Sequence record: SRR22947727_5198
Length of the DNA: 34,825 bases
Direction: 5' to 3' (one strand)
Shown: positions 19,309 through 31,068 of the stretch, one piece after another
How the letters are laid out: each line of letters opens with the position of its first letter
How positions within the stretch are numbered: the stretch's first letter is position 1
The notes under the pieces: generated by a model
What the model was told of the DNA's origin: nothing
Databases searched by the model: none
The model's input: only the letters and a program-made list of their open reading frames with translations
Made by a program: the position numbers and the translations under genes

Positions 19309-19761
19309 ATGACTGGGTTGATTCTTCGGGAACTCTCTGCCGACACCGCGATGCAGGCAAACTCGCTCGAGTTAAGGCCAGGGCAGGAGCAATTTGAAAC
19401 CCCGGTTACCTATGCCAACGCTGACGCAAGCCTTGATCACTCCAAAACGTGGAGTCGCGTCATCACCCTTGATGACCAGGTGGTGGGCTTCATTCGCGCG
19501 TATTTTGATTCCACTCACCCTGATGAGGCGCTGCGCTGTTGTGTGTGGCGGGTGAGTGTTGCCGCTAACGTGCAGGGACAAGGCGTGGGCCGATTCGCTA
19601 TTGATGCCGTCACCGATGAGGCCCGCGCGCAAGGATTCACCACCTTGCAGGCAGTGTGGTCAGGCGGCGAAGAAGGCCCAGGAGAATTCTTCCGTCACCT
19701 CGGATTCCACGAAACGGGTAGCACCGAATACGGTGACACGATCGGATCGCTCACTCTTTAG
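19309..19761 (+). CDS. GNAT family N-acetyltransferase
   Basis: V....QGQGVG acetyl-CoA motif and FFRHLGF; TACGCT 6 nt before ATG 19309. Confidence 0.88.
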   Translation: MTGLILRELSADTAMQANSLELRPGQEQFETPVTYANADASLDHSKTWSRVITLDDQVVGFIRAYFDSTHPDEALRCCVWRVSVAANVQGQGVGRFAIDAVTDEARAQGFTTLQAVWSGGEEGPGEFFRHLGFHETGSTEYGDTIGSLTL

Positions 19762-21281
19762 TGGAAAAAGTGGCGCTCACCAGTGAGATACATGGTGACT
19801 CCAGCAGCCTGCGCTGCAGCAATCACCTCGTCATCCCGCACAGACCCGCCGGGCTGAACCACAGCCCGCACTCCCGCATCAATCAACAGTTGTAGGCCAT
19901 CAGCAAAGGGGAAAAAGGCATCGGACGCAGCGACGCTGCCGCTGGCCCGCTCTCCCGCTCTCGACACTGCTAGCTGACAAGAATCCACTCTGTTGACCTG
20001 GCCCATTCCAATGCCCACACTCGCGCCACCCTGGGCGAGCAATATTCCATTGGATTTCACGGCCCGGACAGCTCGCCACGCAAACTCCAGGGACGCAAGG
20101 TCCGAGGGGTCAGCCGGATCACCGGCGACCAATGTCCAGGTGGAGGGATCAGCAAAGTGTCGATCTACGTCCTGAACGAGCACCCCACCGGAGATGTGTC
20201 GCCACTCAGTCGTGGCTTGCTCGAAACCCTCAGGAAGTTCGACAATCCGGAGATTAGATTTCGCCGCAAAGACCTCGCGGGCCTCGGGAGTAAAACCGGG
20301 AGCCACCACTACCTCGGTAAAGATCTCAACAATGGAGCGGGCAGTGTCACCATCCAGTACTCGGTTGGCGGCGATCACTCCTCCAAAAGCAGACACCGGG
20401 TCACACGCGTGGGCGAGCTCGTGCGCTGCGACCAGCGACTCCGAAGTCGCTATCCCGCAAGGATTCTGGTGCTTGATGATGGCAATGGCGGGACCCTCGT
20501 GATCAAGAGCTGCGCGAAGCGCCGCATCAGCATCGAGGTAATTGTTGTAGGACATCTCTTTGCCCTGAAGTACCGTCGCCGAGGCAAGCCCCGGTGCAAT
20601 CGCGTACCCGATATAGACGGATGCGGCCTGGTGTGAATTCTCGCCATAGCGAAGCTCGCCCTGCTTGGTCGCATGGAAGCTAAGGGATTCGCCCCCGGTC
20701 AACCACTGAGACACCGCGCTGTCGTATCGCGCGGTCTGGGTGAAAGCCTCCCCGGCGAGTTCGCGCCTCCACTCCAGCGTGGTGCCACCCTCAGCTAGAG
20801 ACTCGATGAGGTTGTTATAGCGTGTGGGGCTGACGACAATGGCGACACTGTGGTGGTTCTTCGCTGCGGCCCGCACCATCGCAGGACCGCCAATATCGAT
20901 CTGCTCGATGATGTCCTCGTCCTCCGCACCGGAGGCGAGTGTCTCCACAAACGGATACAGGTTCACGATCACCCAATCGATGGCCGTGATGCCAAGCTCC
21001 TCGAGTGCAGCAACGTGTTCGGGGTTTCTCCGGTCTGCGAGGATTCCTCCGTGAATACTGGGATGCAGGGTCTTGACCCGACCATCGAGAGCTTCTTGGA
21101 ATCCGGTAACCTCGCTCACTTCCGCGACGGGCACGCCGGCATCGCGCAGGGTGCGGGCAGTCGAGCCGGTGGAGACAATCTCCACTCCAGCCTGCGCCAA
21201 AGCCTGTCCCAGTTCGAGCAGACCGGTCTTGTCACTCACTGACACCAGCGCGCGTCGAGGCATTATCCGTTCATCGGTCAT
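19758..21281 (-). CDS. purH: Bifunctional AICAR transformylase/IMP cyclohydrolase
   Basis: [50 protein letters not shown] and terminal RHFFH. Confidence 0.97.
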   Translation of the reverse strand: MTDERIMPRRALVSVSDKTGLLELGQALAQAGVEIVSTGSTARTLRDAGVPVAEVSEVTGFQEALDGRVKTLHPSIHGGILADRRNPEHVAALEELGITAIDWVIVNLYPFVETLASGAEDEDIIEQIDIGGPAMVRAAAKNHHSVAIVVSPTRYNNLIESLAEGGTTLEWRRELAGEAFTQTARYDSAVSQWLTGGESLSFHATKQGELRYGENSHQAASVYIGYAIAPGLASATVLQGKEMSYNNYLDADAALRAALDHEGPAIAIIKHQNPCGIATSESLVAAHELAHACDPVSAFGGVIAANRVLDGDTARSIVEIFTEVVVAPGFTPEAREVFAAKSNLRIVELPEGFEQATTEWRHISGGVLVQDVDRHFADPSTWTLVAGDPADPSDLASLEFAWRAVRAVKSNGILLAQGGASVGIGMGQVNRVDSCQLAVSRAGERASGSVAASDAFFPFADGLQLLIDAGVRAVVQPGGSVRDDEVIAAAQAAGVTMYLTGERHFFH

Positions 21282-21286
21282 GGTGG

Positions 21287-21862
21287 CTAGTTTCCCTTCT
21301 CCGAACACAGTTTGGCCAGCACCTGGAGCAGCAGACGCCTCTCGACGACCTTGATCCGTTCGTGCAGAGCCGACTCATCATCACCCGGCTCAAGGTGCAC
21401 CCGTTCTTGGGCAAGAATTTGCCCGGTATCAATTCCCTCATCCACGACAATCACTGACGCCCCCGTCTGGGAGACTCCCGCCTCCAGCGCATCCTTCACC
21501 GCATGCGCTCCAGGGAATTCTGGCAAATAGGCCGGGTGAGTGTTCAGGATGCGGGGGGCGAATCGACTCACCACGCTTGCGGGGAGAAGTTTCATGAAGC
21601 CGCTGAGGATAACCAGGTCAGGACTATAGGAGTCGAGCGCGTCCCCCAGCGCTACTCCCCACTCTTCTCTGGACGAAAACTCGCTCAGTGGGACCACAAA
21701 TGTGGGCAGTGAGCGCTCCGTCGCATAACGAAGCCCTGGTGCGTGAGTCTCGGACCCCACGGCCACCACATCTGCAGGAATGTCAGTCTGAGGCAGGTTC
21801 TCCAGCAGAGAGAGAAGGTTGGTGCCAGACCCGGAAATGAGGACAACGAGTCTCTGGCGCAC
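21287..21862 (-). CDS. purN: Phosphoribosylglycinamide formyltransferase
   Basis: [30 protein letters not shown] and DEGIDTG; start is GTG 21862 (leaderless spacing) or GTG 21868. Confidence 0.96.
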   Translation of the reverse strand: MRQRLVVLISGSGTNLLSLLENLPQTDIPADVVAVGSETHAPGLRYATERSLPTFVVPLSEFSSREEWGVALGDALDSYSPDLVILSGFMKLLPASVVSRFAPRILNTHPAYLPEFPGAHAVKDALEAGVSQTGASVIVVDEGIDTGQILAQERVHLEPGDDESALHERIKVVERRLLLQVLAKLCSEKGN

Positions 21863-21871
21863 CCTCACAGC

Positions 21872-23116
21872 CTATCGAGCAGCCATCTGGCTGCGACGCC
21901 CCAGAGCACCCGAGACCAGGCCCAACAGCACTCCGACAAAGATTTCCACGCCCCACCAGAGCGCGATCTGTGCTGGGTCAGCACCAACATTCTGGAACCG
22001 GCCAGGTCCGGCGGCACCGCTCGTCATCGCAGCGAGCAGAAAACCACCGAAGGCGCCGAGGCCGCCTGCCAAGGCGGAGGCTGCAACAATCCGCAGCAAC
22101 GGTTGTTGGTGAATCTCGGTGCTCTGAACGCTGCGCCACAGACTGCCTGGCTTCTCGCCCAGCAGCATGGCGGTGGCAGCGACTCCTGCAATGAAGGACA
22201 CCGCCAACGGAATGGTTATCACCATGATGGCGCCCACCGGGGGATCCGCCGGAATAATGCCCAAAATCGGCAGCGCTGGGACAGCTTGGAGAGTCGATCC
22301 CAAGGGAGACACCAAGGCTCCAGTTCCCAGAGCGAAGCCAGGGCCGACCATCCACATCACGCTCCACACAATGGCGGTGGGCAAGAGTGCCAGTTGCGCC
22401 ATCGACAACACGATGATGCCCCACACTCCCGGCTGCAAAGACTCATAGAGGGTGATCATGGTGCCAAACGACACCAGGACAAGACCCGCGACACTGAGTG
22501 CCGCAACTCCCACGAGACCAACCAAAGACGCCCCGCCCGCTTTGACTCCGGTTCGAAGAACAGCGAGCAGGCCTTCCGGTAGGACACCCTCCAAGACTTG
22601 CCCTCCAGGAGCTCTCGACCCCACCCAGGTGGCAAGTGCAAGTCCGGCCGCGAGGAACAGGGCTGGCCTCACCAGAGCATCCATGAGCTCCATCGAGACC
22701 ATGTGCGCGGGGAGGAAAAAGACCATGGCGAAGCTCAAAGCCACGAGCGTCCCCACCGCCAAGAACCAGGTAGAGACCGGATAAATGCGAGTGCCACTGC
22801 GTCGACCGATTCGGTAACCCCACAGAAGAGTGAGCAGCCCCACACCCAACAACGCGACGTCAACCACAAAGTTGCTGTTGGTGTCCCCGAGCGACAGGGA
22901 CTGCGCCAGCAGGGGGTCCAACGTAAACGTCAGCGGAACACCGTGGCCCAGCATCCAACCGTCCACTGCGATGGCCCAGGACAACAAGAGATCGGTGGCA
23001 AAACCATCATCAAAAGCCCACACGAGCGTCAGGGGTGCAAAAAACAACCCCAGTCCGAGGCCCACCAGCACCACAACATCCAGCACGGTGGCAAGCGCAT
23101 TAAGACGGGCATTCAT
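21872..23116 (-). CDS. Polytopic membrane protein (PerM / DUF6350-like)
   Basis: Many hydrophobic segments, W.L.HGVP, GPGFALG and SGAAGPGR motifs; usual position between sucD and purN. Confidence 0.8.
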   Translation of the reverse strand: MNARLNALATVLDVVVLVGLGLGLFFAPLTLVWAFDDGFATDLLLSWAIAVDGWMLGHGVPLTFTLDPLLAQSLSLGDTNSNFVVDVALLGVGLLTLLWGYRIGRRSGTRIYPVSTWFLAVGTLVALSFAMVFFLPAHMVSMELMDALVRPALFLAAGLALATWVGSRAPGGQVLEGVLPEGLLAVLRTGVKAGGASLVGLVGVAALSVAGLVLVSFGTMITLYESLQPGVWGIIVLSMAQLALLPTAIVWSVMWMVGPGFALGTGALVSPLGSTLQAVPALPILGIIPADPPVGAIMVITIPLAVSFIAGVAATAMLLGEKPGSLWRSVQSTEIHQQPLLRIVAASALAGGLGAFGGFLLAAMTSGAAGPGRFQNVGADPAQIALWWGVEIFVGVLLGLVSGALGRRSQMAAR

Positions 23117-23159
23117 GGCGACATGAGCCTATCGCTAGCCCCCCACAGGAGGCCCGACA

Positions 23160-24044
23160 CTATTGCGACTGAATAATCTCGCGCATCAGTGCGGCAGCCT
23201 CCGAAGGAGTCTTCCCCACCTTCACGCCAGCAGCTTCGAGAGCTTCTTTCTTCGCAGCTGCGGTTCCCGCAGACCCTGACACGATGGCTCCCGCGTGACC
23301 CATAGTTTTGCCCTCAGGCGCAGTGAAGCCCGCAACGTAACCCACCACGGGCTTGGTCACGTGAGCCTTGATGAAGTCGGCAGCGCGCTCTTCGGCGTCG
23401 CCACCAATCTCACCAATCATCACAATCGCCTTCGTCTCTGGATCATTTTCAAAAGCTTCCAGTGCATCGATGTGGGTGGTCCCCACAATCGGGTCACCAC
23501 CGATACCAATAGCGGTGGAGAAGCCAATGTCGCGCAACTCAAACATCATTTGGTAGGTCAGTGTTCCCGACTTGGACACCAATCCGATGGGTCCCTTACC
23601 GGTAATTGTTGCCGGGGTGATGCCGGCGAGCGCTTCACCAGGGGTAATGATGCCGGGGCAGTTCGGGCCGATGATGCGGGTCTTGCCGACACTTCCCGCG
23701 TGAGCCCACAGCTCGGCGGTGTCTTGAACGGGGATGCCCTCGGTGATGATCACCAGCAGGGGAATGTGGGCATCGATTGCCTCGATGGCAGCATCTTTGG
23801 CAAAAGCGGGAGGCACAAAGGCAACTGACACATCGGCGCCGGTCTTCTCCATGGCCTCTTTCACCGTGCCGAAGACTGGGAGCTCGACATCGCCGTGGGT
23901 CACGGTCGTGCCCGCCTTACGAGCATTCACACCACCCACGACCTGAGTACCCGCGGCCAGCATCAGCGCCGTGTGCTTCGAACCTTCACCACCGGTGATG
24001 CCCTGAACGATGACTTTGGAATCTTTAGTCAGAAAAATTGACAC
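23160..24044 (-). CDS. sucD: Succinyl-CoA synthetase alpha subunit
   Basis: [24 protein letters not shown] and MGHAGA (phospho-His). Confidence 0.98.
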   Translation of the reverse strand: MSIFLTKDSKVIVQGITGGEGSKHTALMLAAGTQVVGGVNARKAGTTVTHGDVELPVFGTVKEAMEKTGADVSVAFVPPAFAKDAAIEAIDAHIPLLVIITEGIPVQDTAELWAHAGSVGKTRIIGPNCPGIITPGEALAGITPATITGKGPIGLVSKSGTLTYQMMFELRDIGFSTAIGIGGDPIVGTTHIDALEAFENDPETKAIVMIGEIGGDAEERAADFIKAHVTKPVVGYVAGFTAPEGKTMGHAGAIVSGSAGTAAAKKEALEAAGVKVGKTPSEAAALMREIIQSQ

Positions 24045-24053
24045 GTTCTGTCC

Positions 24054-25217
24054 TTACTTCGACGCTAATTCGGCGGCGCGATCCGCGCCCTGATCCATGG
24101 TGTCGGCGAGAGTGACCAACGGGTGGTTGGCAGCCGCAAGAATCTCGCGACCCTTCTCGACACTGTTGCCATCTAGGCGAACAACGAGAGGCTTAGTCGC
24201 ACCCTCGCCAATCATCTCGAGGGCCTTGACGATTCCGTTAGCCACCGCGTCACAGGCGGTGATGCCTCCGAAGACGTTCACAAAGACGCTCTTGACCTGA
24301 GGGTCTCCCAAAATCACATCGAGCCCAGCGGCCATGACCTCGGCGGATGCTCCACCACCGATATCGAGGAAGTTCGCGGGCTTCACACCCCCGTGCTTCT
24401 CGCCGGCATACGCCACGACGTCGAGGGTGGACATCACCAACCCGGCACCGTTTCCGATGACCCCGACCTCACCATCGAGCTTCACGTAGTTCAGGTCGTG
24501 AGCTTTTGCTTTTTCTTCCAGTGGGTCCGCGGTGGCGGAGTCCGCAAGCTCAGCGTGGTGAGGCTGGCGGAACTCGGCGTTCTCGTCCAGGGTGACCTTG
24601 CCATCCAGAGCGATGATGTCGCCGGACTCGGTCAAGACCAGGGGGTTCACCTCCACCAGGGTGGCGTCCTCTTTCACGAACACGTCATAGAGCTTCACAA
24701 ACACAGGGGCAACGAGGTCGACCAGCTCAGCTGGGAACTTGGCTTGATGAGCAATCTCGGTGGCCTTCGCTAGGTCGATGCCCTGAGAGGGATCAATGGC
24801 AACACGAGCGAGCGCTTCCGGACGCTCCTCGGCAAGCTGCTCAATCTCCATACCGCCCTCGTAGCTACAGAGCACGAGGTAGTTGCGGTTCGCACGATCC
24901 AGCAACACCGAGAAGTAGAACTCCTGGGCGATCGCGGCACCGGCGGCGACCATGACACGGTTAACGATGTGGCCCTTGATGTCGAGTCCCAGGATTGCCT
25001 GTGCGGCGGTGAAAGCGTCCTCAGCTGTGGGGGCAACCTTGACTCCACCGGCTTTGCCTCGACCACCGGTCTTGACCTGGGCTTTCACGACGGTGAGACC
25101 GCCGAGCTTCTCGGCCGCTGCTTTCGCCTGCTCAGGAGTGTCGGCGATGAGGCCTGCCAACACGGGAACGCCGTGTCGCTCAAACATGTCTCTGGCTTGA
25201 TACTCGTATAAATCCAC
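24054..25217 (-). CDS. sucC: Succinyl-CoA synthetase beta subunit
   Basis: [30 protein letters not shown] and [11 protein letters not shown]. Confidence 0.98.
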   Translation of the reverse strand: MDLYEYQARDMFERHGVPVLAGLIADTPEQAKAAAEKLGGLTVVKAQVKTGGRGKAGGVKVAPTAEDAFTAAQAILGLDIKGHIVNRVMVAAGAAIAQEFYFSVLLDRANRNYLVLCSYEGGMEIEQLAEERPEALARVAIDPSQGIDLAKATEIAHQAKFPAELVDLVAPVFVKLYDVFVKEDATLVEVNPLVLTESGDIIALDGKVTLDENAEFRQPHHAELADSATADPLEEKAKAHDLNYVKLDGEVGVIGNGAGLVMSTLDVVAYAGEKHGGVKPANFLDIGGGASAEVMAAGLDVILGDPQVKSVFVNVFGGITACDAVANGIVKALEMIGEGATKPLVVRLDGNSVEKGREILAAANHPLVTLADTMDQGADRAAELASK

Positions 25218-25331
25218 GCCCGAAGGTCCTTCCGGTTATGTCGGTTGGGAGATGATTCCGCCAAAGACTCGCACCGGTGAGAGCGGGGAACCTCCTCAAC
25301 CCTACCCGGTGAGGAGTCACGCCTTGCGCGC

Positions 25332-27677
25332 CTAGAGCTTGGTTATCGGCGCAATCTTGATCAGCAAGCGTTTGCGCCCGGCAGTATCAAAGTCGACTTC
25401 GGCGATGCGCTTAGCCCCCTCACCACTGACCTGGCGAACACTCCCCTGGCCAAAGTCATCGTGCTCGATGCGATCACCCGCAACCAGAGTGAGATCACCG
25501 TTGTCACGAACACTCGACGTGACGCGATTGGCCCAGGCAGTGGACTTCTTGGGTCCTGGGGGAAGTTGATCCCGCATCGTCAGCGATCGACCACCGCCGG
25601 TTCCTGACCCTTGCCACCCCGAGCTGCGAATCGGCCCTCCAAGCTCATGACCGGAGCCACCGGTGGCCGCCCGAGATTCCCTCCAGGAAATGAGCTCTTG
25701 CGGAATCTCGGCGAGGAACCGACTCGGTGAGGCAATCGCGGTGTCCCCAAAGGTGCTCCTGGTCATTGCCAAGGACAGGTGCAAGCGCTGCCTGGCTCGA
25801 GTAATGCCCACGTAGAGCAGACGACGCTCTTCTTGAAGACCGCCGGGCTCGTGTGCGCTCATCCGATGCGGAATGAGATCTTCTTCCAACCCAGTCAGGA
25901 ACACCACATCAAACTCAAGGCCTTTGGCGGTGTGCAAGGTCATCAGCGATACCGTCCCGGTGGCATCATCGAGCTCGTCCGCAGCTGCCACGAGGGATAC
26001 CTCGGTCAGAAAATCACTCAGAGTGCCATCGGGATTGTTGCGTCCAAACTCTCGAGTGACAGCCAAGAGCTCTCCCACGTTTTCTGCGCGGGCTTCATCT
26101 TGGGGGTCACGAGAGTTTTGCAACAGAGCGAGGTACCCGGTGTTGTTGAGAATCTTCTCCAGGGTTGCCACCGGGGGCTCGGTGTAGGAGAGCTTTTCGG
26201 CTTCATCGAGTGATTCCGCCAGGGAGAGCATGGACTGTGTGACTTTGGGACCGAGCCCCAGCTCTCCACTCCGGCGAAGTGCCTCGCGCAGAGTGATGTC
26301 TTCTTTCTCTGCCAGGAGAACGAGAGCATTCTCGGTCGCAGGACCAATACCGCGCTTGGGAGTATTCAAGATGCGGCGGAACGCGAGAGAGTCAGCGGGG
26401 TTCGCAATCGTCACCAAATAGGCAATAGCGTCCTTGATCTCCGCACGCTCATAGAACTTGGTTCCCCCGATGACCCGGTAGGGGATGCCCGAGCGAATGA
26501 AGATGTCTTCCAGGGCTCTGGTCTGGGCGTTCGTGCGATAGAACACCGCCATTTCGGAGTAGGGAAGACCTTCCGAGGAGAGCTGGACGATCTGGTCGGC
26601 AACAAACTGCGCCTCGTCGTGAGCGCTGTACCCGGTAAATCCCACAATCTGCTCGCCCGCACCAAAATCGGTAAAAAGGTTCTTGGCCTTCCGATCAAAG
26701 TTGTTCCCAATCACCGCGTTGGCGGCATCCAAGATATTTTGCGTTGAGCGATAGTTTTGCTCCAAAAGAACAACCTTCGCGCCGGGGAAATCCCGCTCAA
26801 ACTCGGTGATGTTGCGGATATCGGCGCCTCGGAACGCGTAGATCGACTGATCTGAGTCGCCGACCACCGTCAGCGAAGCTCCAGGGACAGACCCATCGTC
26901 CGCGCGTTGGACGGCGGGCTTCTCGGGAACGCGCTCTGGCGGGATGGGCCTGGTGAGTTCTCGAATAAGCGCGTATTGCGCGTGGTTAGTGTCCTGGTAC
27001 TCATCCACCAGCACGTGGCGAAAACGTGCCTGGTAGCGGGCGGCCACATCGGGGAACGCCCGCAGGAGGTACACGGTCTGGCCGATGAGGTCATCAAAAT
27101 CAAACGCCTGTGATCGTTGCAACTGACGCTGGTATCGATCCCACACCTCAATGAACAGAGCATCGGCAGGGTCCTGGGAGTTAGAGGAGCGACGATACGA
27201 CTCCACATCGGCCAGCTCATTTTTCAGCCTCGACATTTTGCCGATGACAGCGTTCGGGGTGAGCCCAAAATCATCGCCCCCAAGTTCTTTGAGGATCCTC
27301 TTCACCAGAGCTCGCTGGTCAGCAGAGTCATAGATGGTGAAGGAGCTCGAGTACCCAAAGCGGTCGTGTTCTGCGCGCAGGATCCGAACGCACGCCGAGT
27401 GGAAGGTCGAGATCCACATTCCCGTTGCCGCATCGCCAATCAATCCGCTGATGCGCTCACGCATTTCTCCAGCAGCTTTATTGGTGAAGGTGATGGCAAG
27501 AATTTGACTCGGCCACGCGTCCCGGGTCTGCAGCAAACCGGCGATGCGCCTTGTCAAAACGCTGGTCTTCCCCGAGCCGGCACCCGCCACAATCAAGAGG
27601 GCGGGGCCCCGATACTCCACCGCCTCCGCCTGCCGAGGGTTCAACCCTTCAACCAAGGGGGACGGGGAATCTGACAT
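25332..27677 (-). CDS. pcrA: ATP-dependent DNA helicase PcrA/UvrD1
   Basis: AGAGSGKT, TFTNKAA, VDEYQDTN, VGDSDQSIYAFRGA, TLHTAKGLEF, EERRLLYVGITRA and a C-terminal H..FG.G Tudor-like domain. Confidence 0.96.
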   Translation of the reverse strand: MSDSPSPLVEGLNPRQAEAVEYRGPALLIVAGAGSGKTSVLTRRIAGLLQTRDAWPSQILAITFTNKAAGEMRERISGLIGDAATGMWISTFHSACVRILRAEHDRFGYSSSFTIYDSADQRALVKRILKELGGDDFGLTPNAVIGKMSRLKNELADVESYRRSSNSQDPADALFIEVWDRYQRQLQRSQAFDFDDLIGQTVYLLRAFPDVAARYQARFRHVLVDEYQDTNHAQYALIRELTRPIPPERVPEKPAVQRADDGSVPGASLTVVGDSDQSIYAFRGADIRNITEFERDFPGAKVVLLEQNYRSTQNILDAANAVIGNNFDRKAKNLFTDFGAGEQIVGFTGYSAHDEAQFVADQIVQLSSEGLPYSEMAVFYRTNAQTRALEDIFIRSGIPYRVIGGTKFYERAEIKDAIAYLVTIANPADSLAFRRILNTPKRGIGPATENALVLLAEKEDITLREALRRSGELGLGPKVTQSMLSLAESLDEAEKLSYTEPPVATLEKILNNTGYLALLQNSRDPQDEARAENVGELLAVTREFGRNNPDGTLSDFLTEVSLVAAADELDDATGTVSLMTLHTAKGLEFDVVFLTGLEEDLIPHRMSAHEPGGLQEERRLLYVGITRARQRLHLSLAMTRSTFGDTAIASPSRFLAEIPQELISWRESRAATGGSGHELGGPIRSSGWQGSGTGGGRSLTMRDQLPPGPKKSTAWANRVTSSVRDNGDLTLVAGDRIEHDDFGQGSVRQVSGEGAKRIAEVDFDTAGRKRLLIKIAPITKL

Positions 27678-27728
27678 AGCTGGCTCAGTCTAAAGCCCAC
27701 ATCTGATGGCCCAAGATACCCTGGGGAC

Positions 27729-28193
27729 GTGAGCATGCCCCCTCCCCCTGCTTCTCCCGACGAAGGTCCAGGTCTGATCGAACCGGAACGCCCTGCGCCC
27801 ACGGTCGATCTCGGGTCCTTGGACACCGGGCGCATTTTGAGAGACACCGGATCACTCCAGATTCCTGACCTCGAAGAGGAGAGCCAAGAGTCAGATTCCC
27901 TCGACGTTGACTCAGCCCCCCGCGAGAGCAGCTCCGACGGGCCCATCGAGTCGGAGCCCAGCCAGGAGACCAACCGGACCGGACTCAACATCCTTTCCGT
28001 CATTTCCTTGATCTTGGCGCTCACGCTCAGTCCGTTCGCGATGGTCTTTGGCTACATCGCGGTCGGACAAACTCGACGATCCCGCCAGCGAGGTGAAGCA
28101 CTTGCCTGGGTATCGGTGGGACTGGGATGGCTCTGGACCATCGGATGGGTGGTTCTGGGCGTCACGCTCGGTGCTACCTGGCTTCAGCTGTAG
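27729..28193 (+). CDS. Membrane protein with acidic disordered N-terminus and DUF4190-like C-terminus
   Basis: N.LSVISLILA...FGYIA..Q.RRS.QRGE.LA...LG pattern; TACCCT 6 nt before the GTG. Confidence 0.72.
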   Translation: MSMPPPPASPDEGPGLIEPERPAPTVDLGSLDTGRILRDTGSLQIPDLEEESQESDSLDVDSAPRESSSDGPIESEPSQETNRTGLNILSVISLILALTLSPFAMVFGYIAVGQTRRSRQRGEALAWVSVGLGWLWTIGWVVLGVTLGATWLQL

Positions 28194-28271
28194 TTAGGGA
28201 ATTCCTCAGCAAGGCTCAAGCAAGCTCTCTACAATAGGAATGTCCCTATTGGTCGAGCGAAAAGGCAGACA

Positions 28272-29057
28272 ATGTCGAACTCCAACCCCGCATTTGCGCG
28301 TTCCCTCGCGTTCCGTGAGAGCTCTCTGGCGACCCCGAGTGCCGACCAACTCGACGAAATGTATGGTCGTCCGTCCGCGTCGAGCACAGACACCGGCCGC
28401 ATGTCCTATGAGGACACCATCATGAAGACCCTGATTTCTTTCGGGATCTTGGTGGCCGGCGCCATTGTCGGATGGATTGTCCCTGTTCTTGCCATCCCCG
28501 GCTTCATCGTCGGTTTTGTCTTGGCCCTGGTCAACATCTTCAAAAAGCAGCCCTCGAGGGGCCTCATCCTGACCTACGCGGCTTTCCAGGGACTCTTCGT
28601 CGGTGGGCTCTCCGCCATCTTCTCCCAAATGTGGGAAGGCATTGTTCCCCAGGCAGTCTTTGGAACCCTCGCGGTCATCGGTGTGACATTGTTCCTCTTC
28701 CTCAATGGAAAGTTCCGCACATCACCTCGCATGACCCGCATTGTGTTGGTGGCCATGGTTGGCTACATGGTGTTCTCGCTGGTGAACTTCGGCCTCATGG
28801 TCTTCGGCGCCACCGATGGCATGTTCGGTCTTCGCAGCATGGAAATCTTCGGAATTCCGCTGGGAGTTTTCCTCGGAATCCTGGTTGTGTTCCTCGCCGC
28901 CTACTCACTGGTGATGGACTTTGAGTCCATTCAGGCCGGTGTTGAGCAGGGCGCCCCTCGAGTATTCGGCTGGCAGGCTGCCTTTGGGATTATGGTCACC
29001 GTTGTCTGGCTCTACGTCGAGATTCTGCGACTGCTCGCCATTTTGCGCGGAGAGTAG
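28272..29057 (+). CDS. Bax inhibitor-1/YccA family membrane protein
   Basis: SNPAF N-terminus, MSYEDTI.KT, LVMDF..I..GV..GAP..W.AAFG and VWLYVEILRLL. Confidence 0.9.
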   Translation: MSNSNPAFARSLAFRESSLATPSADQLDEMYGRPSASSTDTGRMSYEDTIMKTLISFGILVAGAIVGWIVPVLAIPGFIVGFVLALVNIFKKQPSRGLILTYAAFQGLFVGGLSAIFSQMWEGIVPQAVFGTLAVIGVTLFLFLNGKFRTSPRMTRIVLVAMVGYMVFSLVNFGLMVFGATDGMFGLRSMEIFGIPLGVFLGILVVFLAAYSLVMDFESIQAGVEQGAPRVFGWQAAFGIMVTVVWLYVEILRLLAILRGE

Positions 29058-29059
29058 AA

Positions 29060-30637
29060 CTACTCCCACTCAATAGTGCCGGGGGGCTTTGAGGTCACAT
29101 CGAGGACGACTCGATTGACCTCCGCCACCTCGTTGGTGATGCGATTCGAGATTTTCGCGAGCACGTCGTAGGGGAGTCTGGTCCAATCAGCGGTCATGGC
29201 GTCCTCGCTCGAGACGGGTCGCAGCACAATGGGGTGTCCATAGGTTCGGCCATCACCTTGAACACCCACCGAGCGGACATCCGCGAGGAGAACGACGGGG
29301 CACTGCCAAATCTCTGGATCCAGTCCTGCCAGGGTGAGCTCGGCTCGCAGAATCGCGTCGGCTGCCCGCAAAGTGTCGAGGCGTTCCTTCGTAACCTCGC
29401 CAATGATTCGGATTCCCAAACCCGGACCAGGGAAGGGGTGTCGACCAACAATCTCTTCGGGCAGACCCAGCTGGCGACCAATCGCACGGACCTCATCTTT
29501 GAACAGCGTGCGAAGGGGTTCGACCAAGTCGAACTCCAGGTCATCGGGCAGGCCCCCCACGTTGTGGTGGCTCTTGATGACGGCGGTTCCTGAGCCCCCA
29601 CCACTCTCGACGATGTCGGGATAGAGGGTTCCCTGGACCAAGAACTTGACCTCACCACCCTCCTCGGCAGCTTCAGCGACTAAGTCCGCTGCTGCTTGCT
29701 CAAACGTGCGGATAAATTCACGACCGATGATCTTGCGCTTAGTTTCGGGGTCGCTCACACCGGCAAGCGCCTCCAGGAACTGTGCTTCCGCATCGATAGT
29801 GACCAGTCGCACGCCCGTGGCCGCCACAAAATCCTTCTCTACCTGTTCGCGCTCGCCCTGGCGCAGAAGTCCGTGGTCGACGAAGACACACACCAGCTGG
29901 TCCCCCACTGCTTCGTGGACGAGCGCTGCTGCCACAGCGGAATCCACCCCACCGGAGAGACCACAAATAACTCGAGCGCTGCCCACCTGTGTGGAGATGG
30001 CGTCAACTTGAGCGGCAATGACATTGCCGCTGTTCCAGTCATTCGGGAGTCCTGCAATGTCGTGAAGAAAGTTCTCGAGCACTGCCTGGCCATTCTCTGA
30101 ATGCTTGACCTCGGGGTGCCATTGCACACCGAACATTTTCTTCTCCGATGACCCAAACGCCGCGACCGAGGTCGCATCGGTGGAGGCGAGAACATCAAAT
30201 CCGGGAGGCGCCTTCTGGACTTGGTCGCCGTGGGACATCCAAGTCGTTTGGTTCTCGGGCTGACCGGCAAACAGCGGGCTTGCCTCGGGTTTCACAGACG
30301 CACTGGTGGCACCGTATTCCCGCAACCCGGTCTTGCCAACCTCGCCACCCAATTCCCTCGCCATGACCTGGAATCCATAGCAAATACCGAAGACGGGGAT
30401 TCCAAGCTCGAGAATTCCCGGGCTCAGGCTGGGCGATCCTTCTTCATAGACGCTGGAGGGTCCACCACTGAGAATGATGGCAACGGGATTCTTCGCCCGG
30501 ATCTCGTCGGCGCTGGCTTCGTGGGACACGATTTCTGAATACACGCCAGCTTCACGGACCCGGCGCGCAATGAGCTGCGCATATTGCGCGCCGAAATCGA
30601 CAACTAAAACTGGACGAGGCCCTTCGCTCAGAGTCAC
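29060..30637 (-). CDS. guaA: GMP synthase (glutamine-hydrolysing)
   Basis: [42 protein letters not shown] and terminal KPPGTIEWE. Confidence 0.98.
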   Translation of the reverse strand: MTLSEGPRPVLVVDFGAQYAQLIARRVREAGVYSEIVSHEASADEIRAKNPVAIILSGGPSSVYEEGSPSLSPGILELGIPVFGICYGFQVMARELGGEVGKTGLREYGATSASVKPEASPLFAGQPENQTTWMSHGDQVQKAPPGFDVLASTDATSVAAFGSSEKKMFGVQWHPEVKHSENGQAVLENFLHDIAGLPNDWNSGNVIAAQVDAISTQVGSARVICGLSGGVDSAVAAALVHEAVGDQLVCVFVDHGLLRQGEREQVEKDFVAATGVRLVTIDAEAQFLEALAGVSDPETKRKIIGREFIRTFEQAAADLVAEAAEEGGEVKFLVQGTLYPDIVESGGGSGTAVIKSHHNVGGLPDDLEFDLVEPLRTLFKDEVRAIGRQLGLPEEIVGRHPFPGPGLGIRIIGEVTKERLDTLRAADAILRAELTLAGLDPEIWQCPVVLLADVRSVGVQGDGRTYGHPIVLRPVSSEDAMTADWTRLPYDVLAKISNRITNEVAEVNRVVLDVTSKPPGTIEWE

Positions 30638-31059
30638 TCCCCACCTCGCAGGTCCACCACGATGGCGGTCACAGTCTTGGTGGCATAGTGCTCAATCACG
30701 AAGGAGAGGATCGGGAGGAGTCCACCCGAAGCCAACCAGAGGAAGCGCCAGAAAGGCCACCGCAGAATGCTCCACACCCGAAAACACGCAAAAAGATAGA
30801 CAACATAGAACCATCCATGGGCGATGACGGTGGCCTGGGACAGGTTGAACGCCTGGACGGTGTCATTCGGGACCAGAGCAAACAGACCTTGATCACCGAA
30901 CATCTCTACCTCATAGCCGTAGCCATATTTGGCGATGATTTCGACGGCGAGAAGGAGGAGCAAAATTCCCGTAATCCAGGCGGCAATCCGATACCACTTG
31001 AGGGCCGTCTGCAGCCTGTCGGGAACCACGGTAGGGGTGCGGGGAGAATCCGTGGTCAT
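30634..31059 (-). CDS. DUF3817-family membrane protein
   Basis: [24 protein letters not shown] and GG..P..SFV.E motifs. Confidence 0.82.
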   Translation of the reverse strand: MTTDSPRTPTVVPDRLQTALKWYRIAAWITGILLLLLAVEIIAKYGYGYEVEMFGDQGLFALVPNDTVQAFNLSQATVIAHGWFYVVYLFACFRVWSILRWPFWRFLWLASGGLLPILSFVIEHYATKTVTAIVVDLRGGE

Positions 31060-31068
31060 GTCACAAGT

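Noticed and set aside
25218-25331. Inverted repeats upstream of sucC (CTCCTCA...TGAGGAG; CTCGCACCGGTGAGAG)
   Set aside because: Could be a pcrA terminator or leader structure, but they are weak and match no motif I can name
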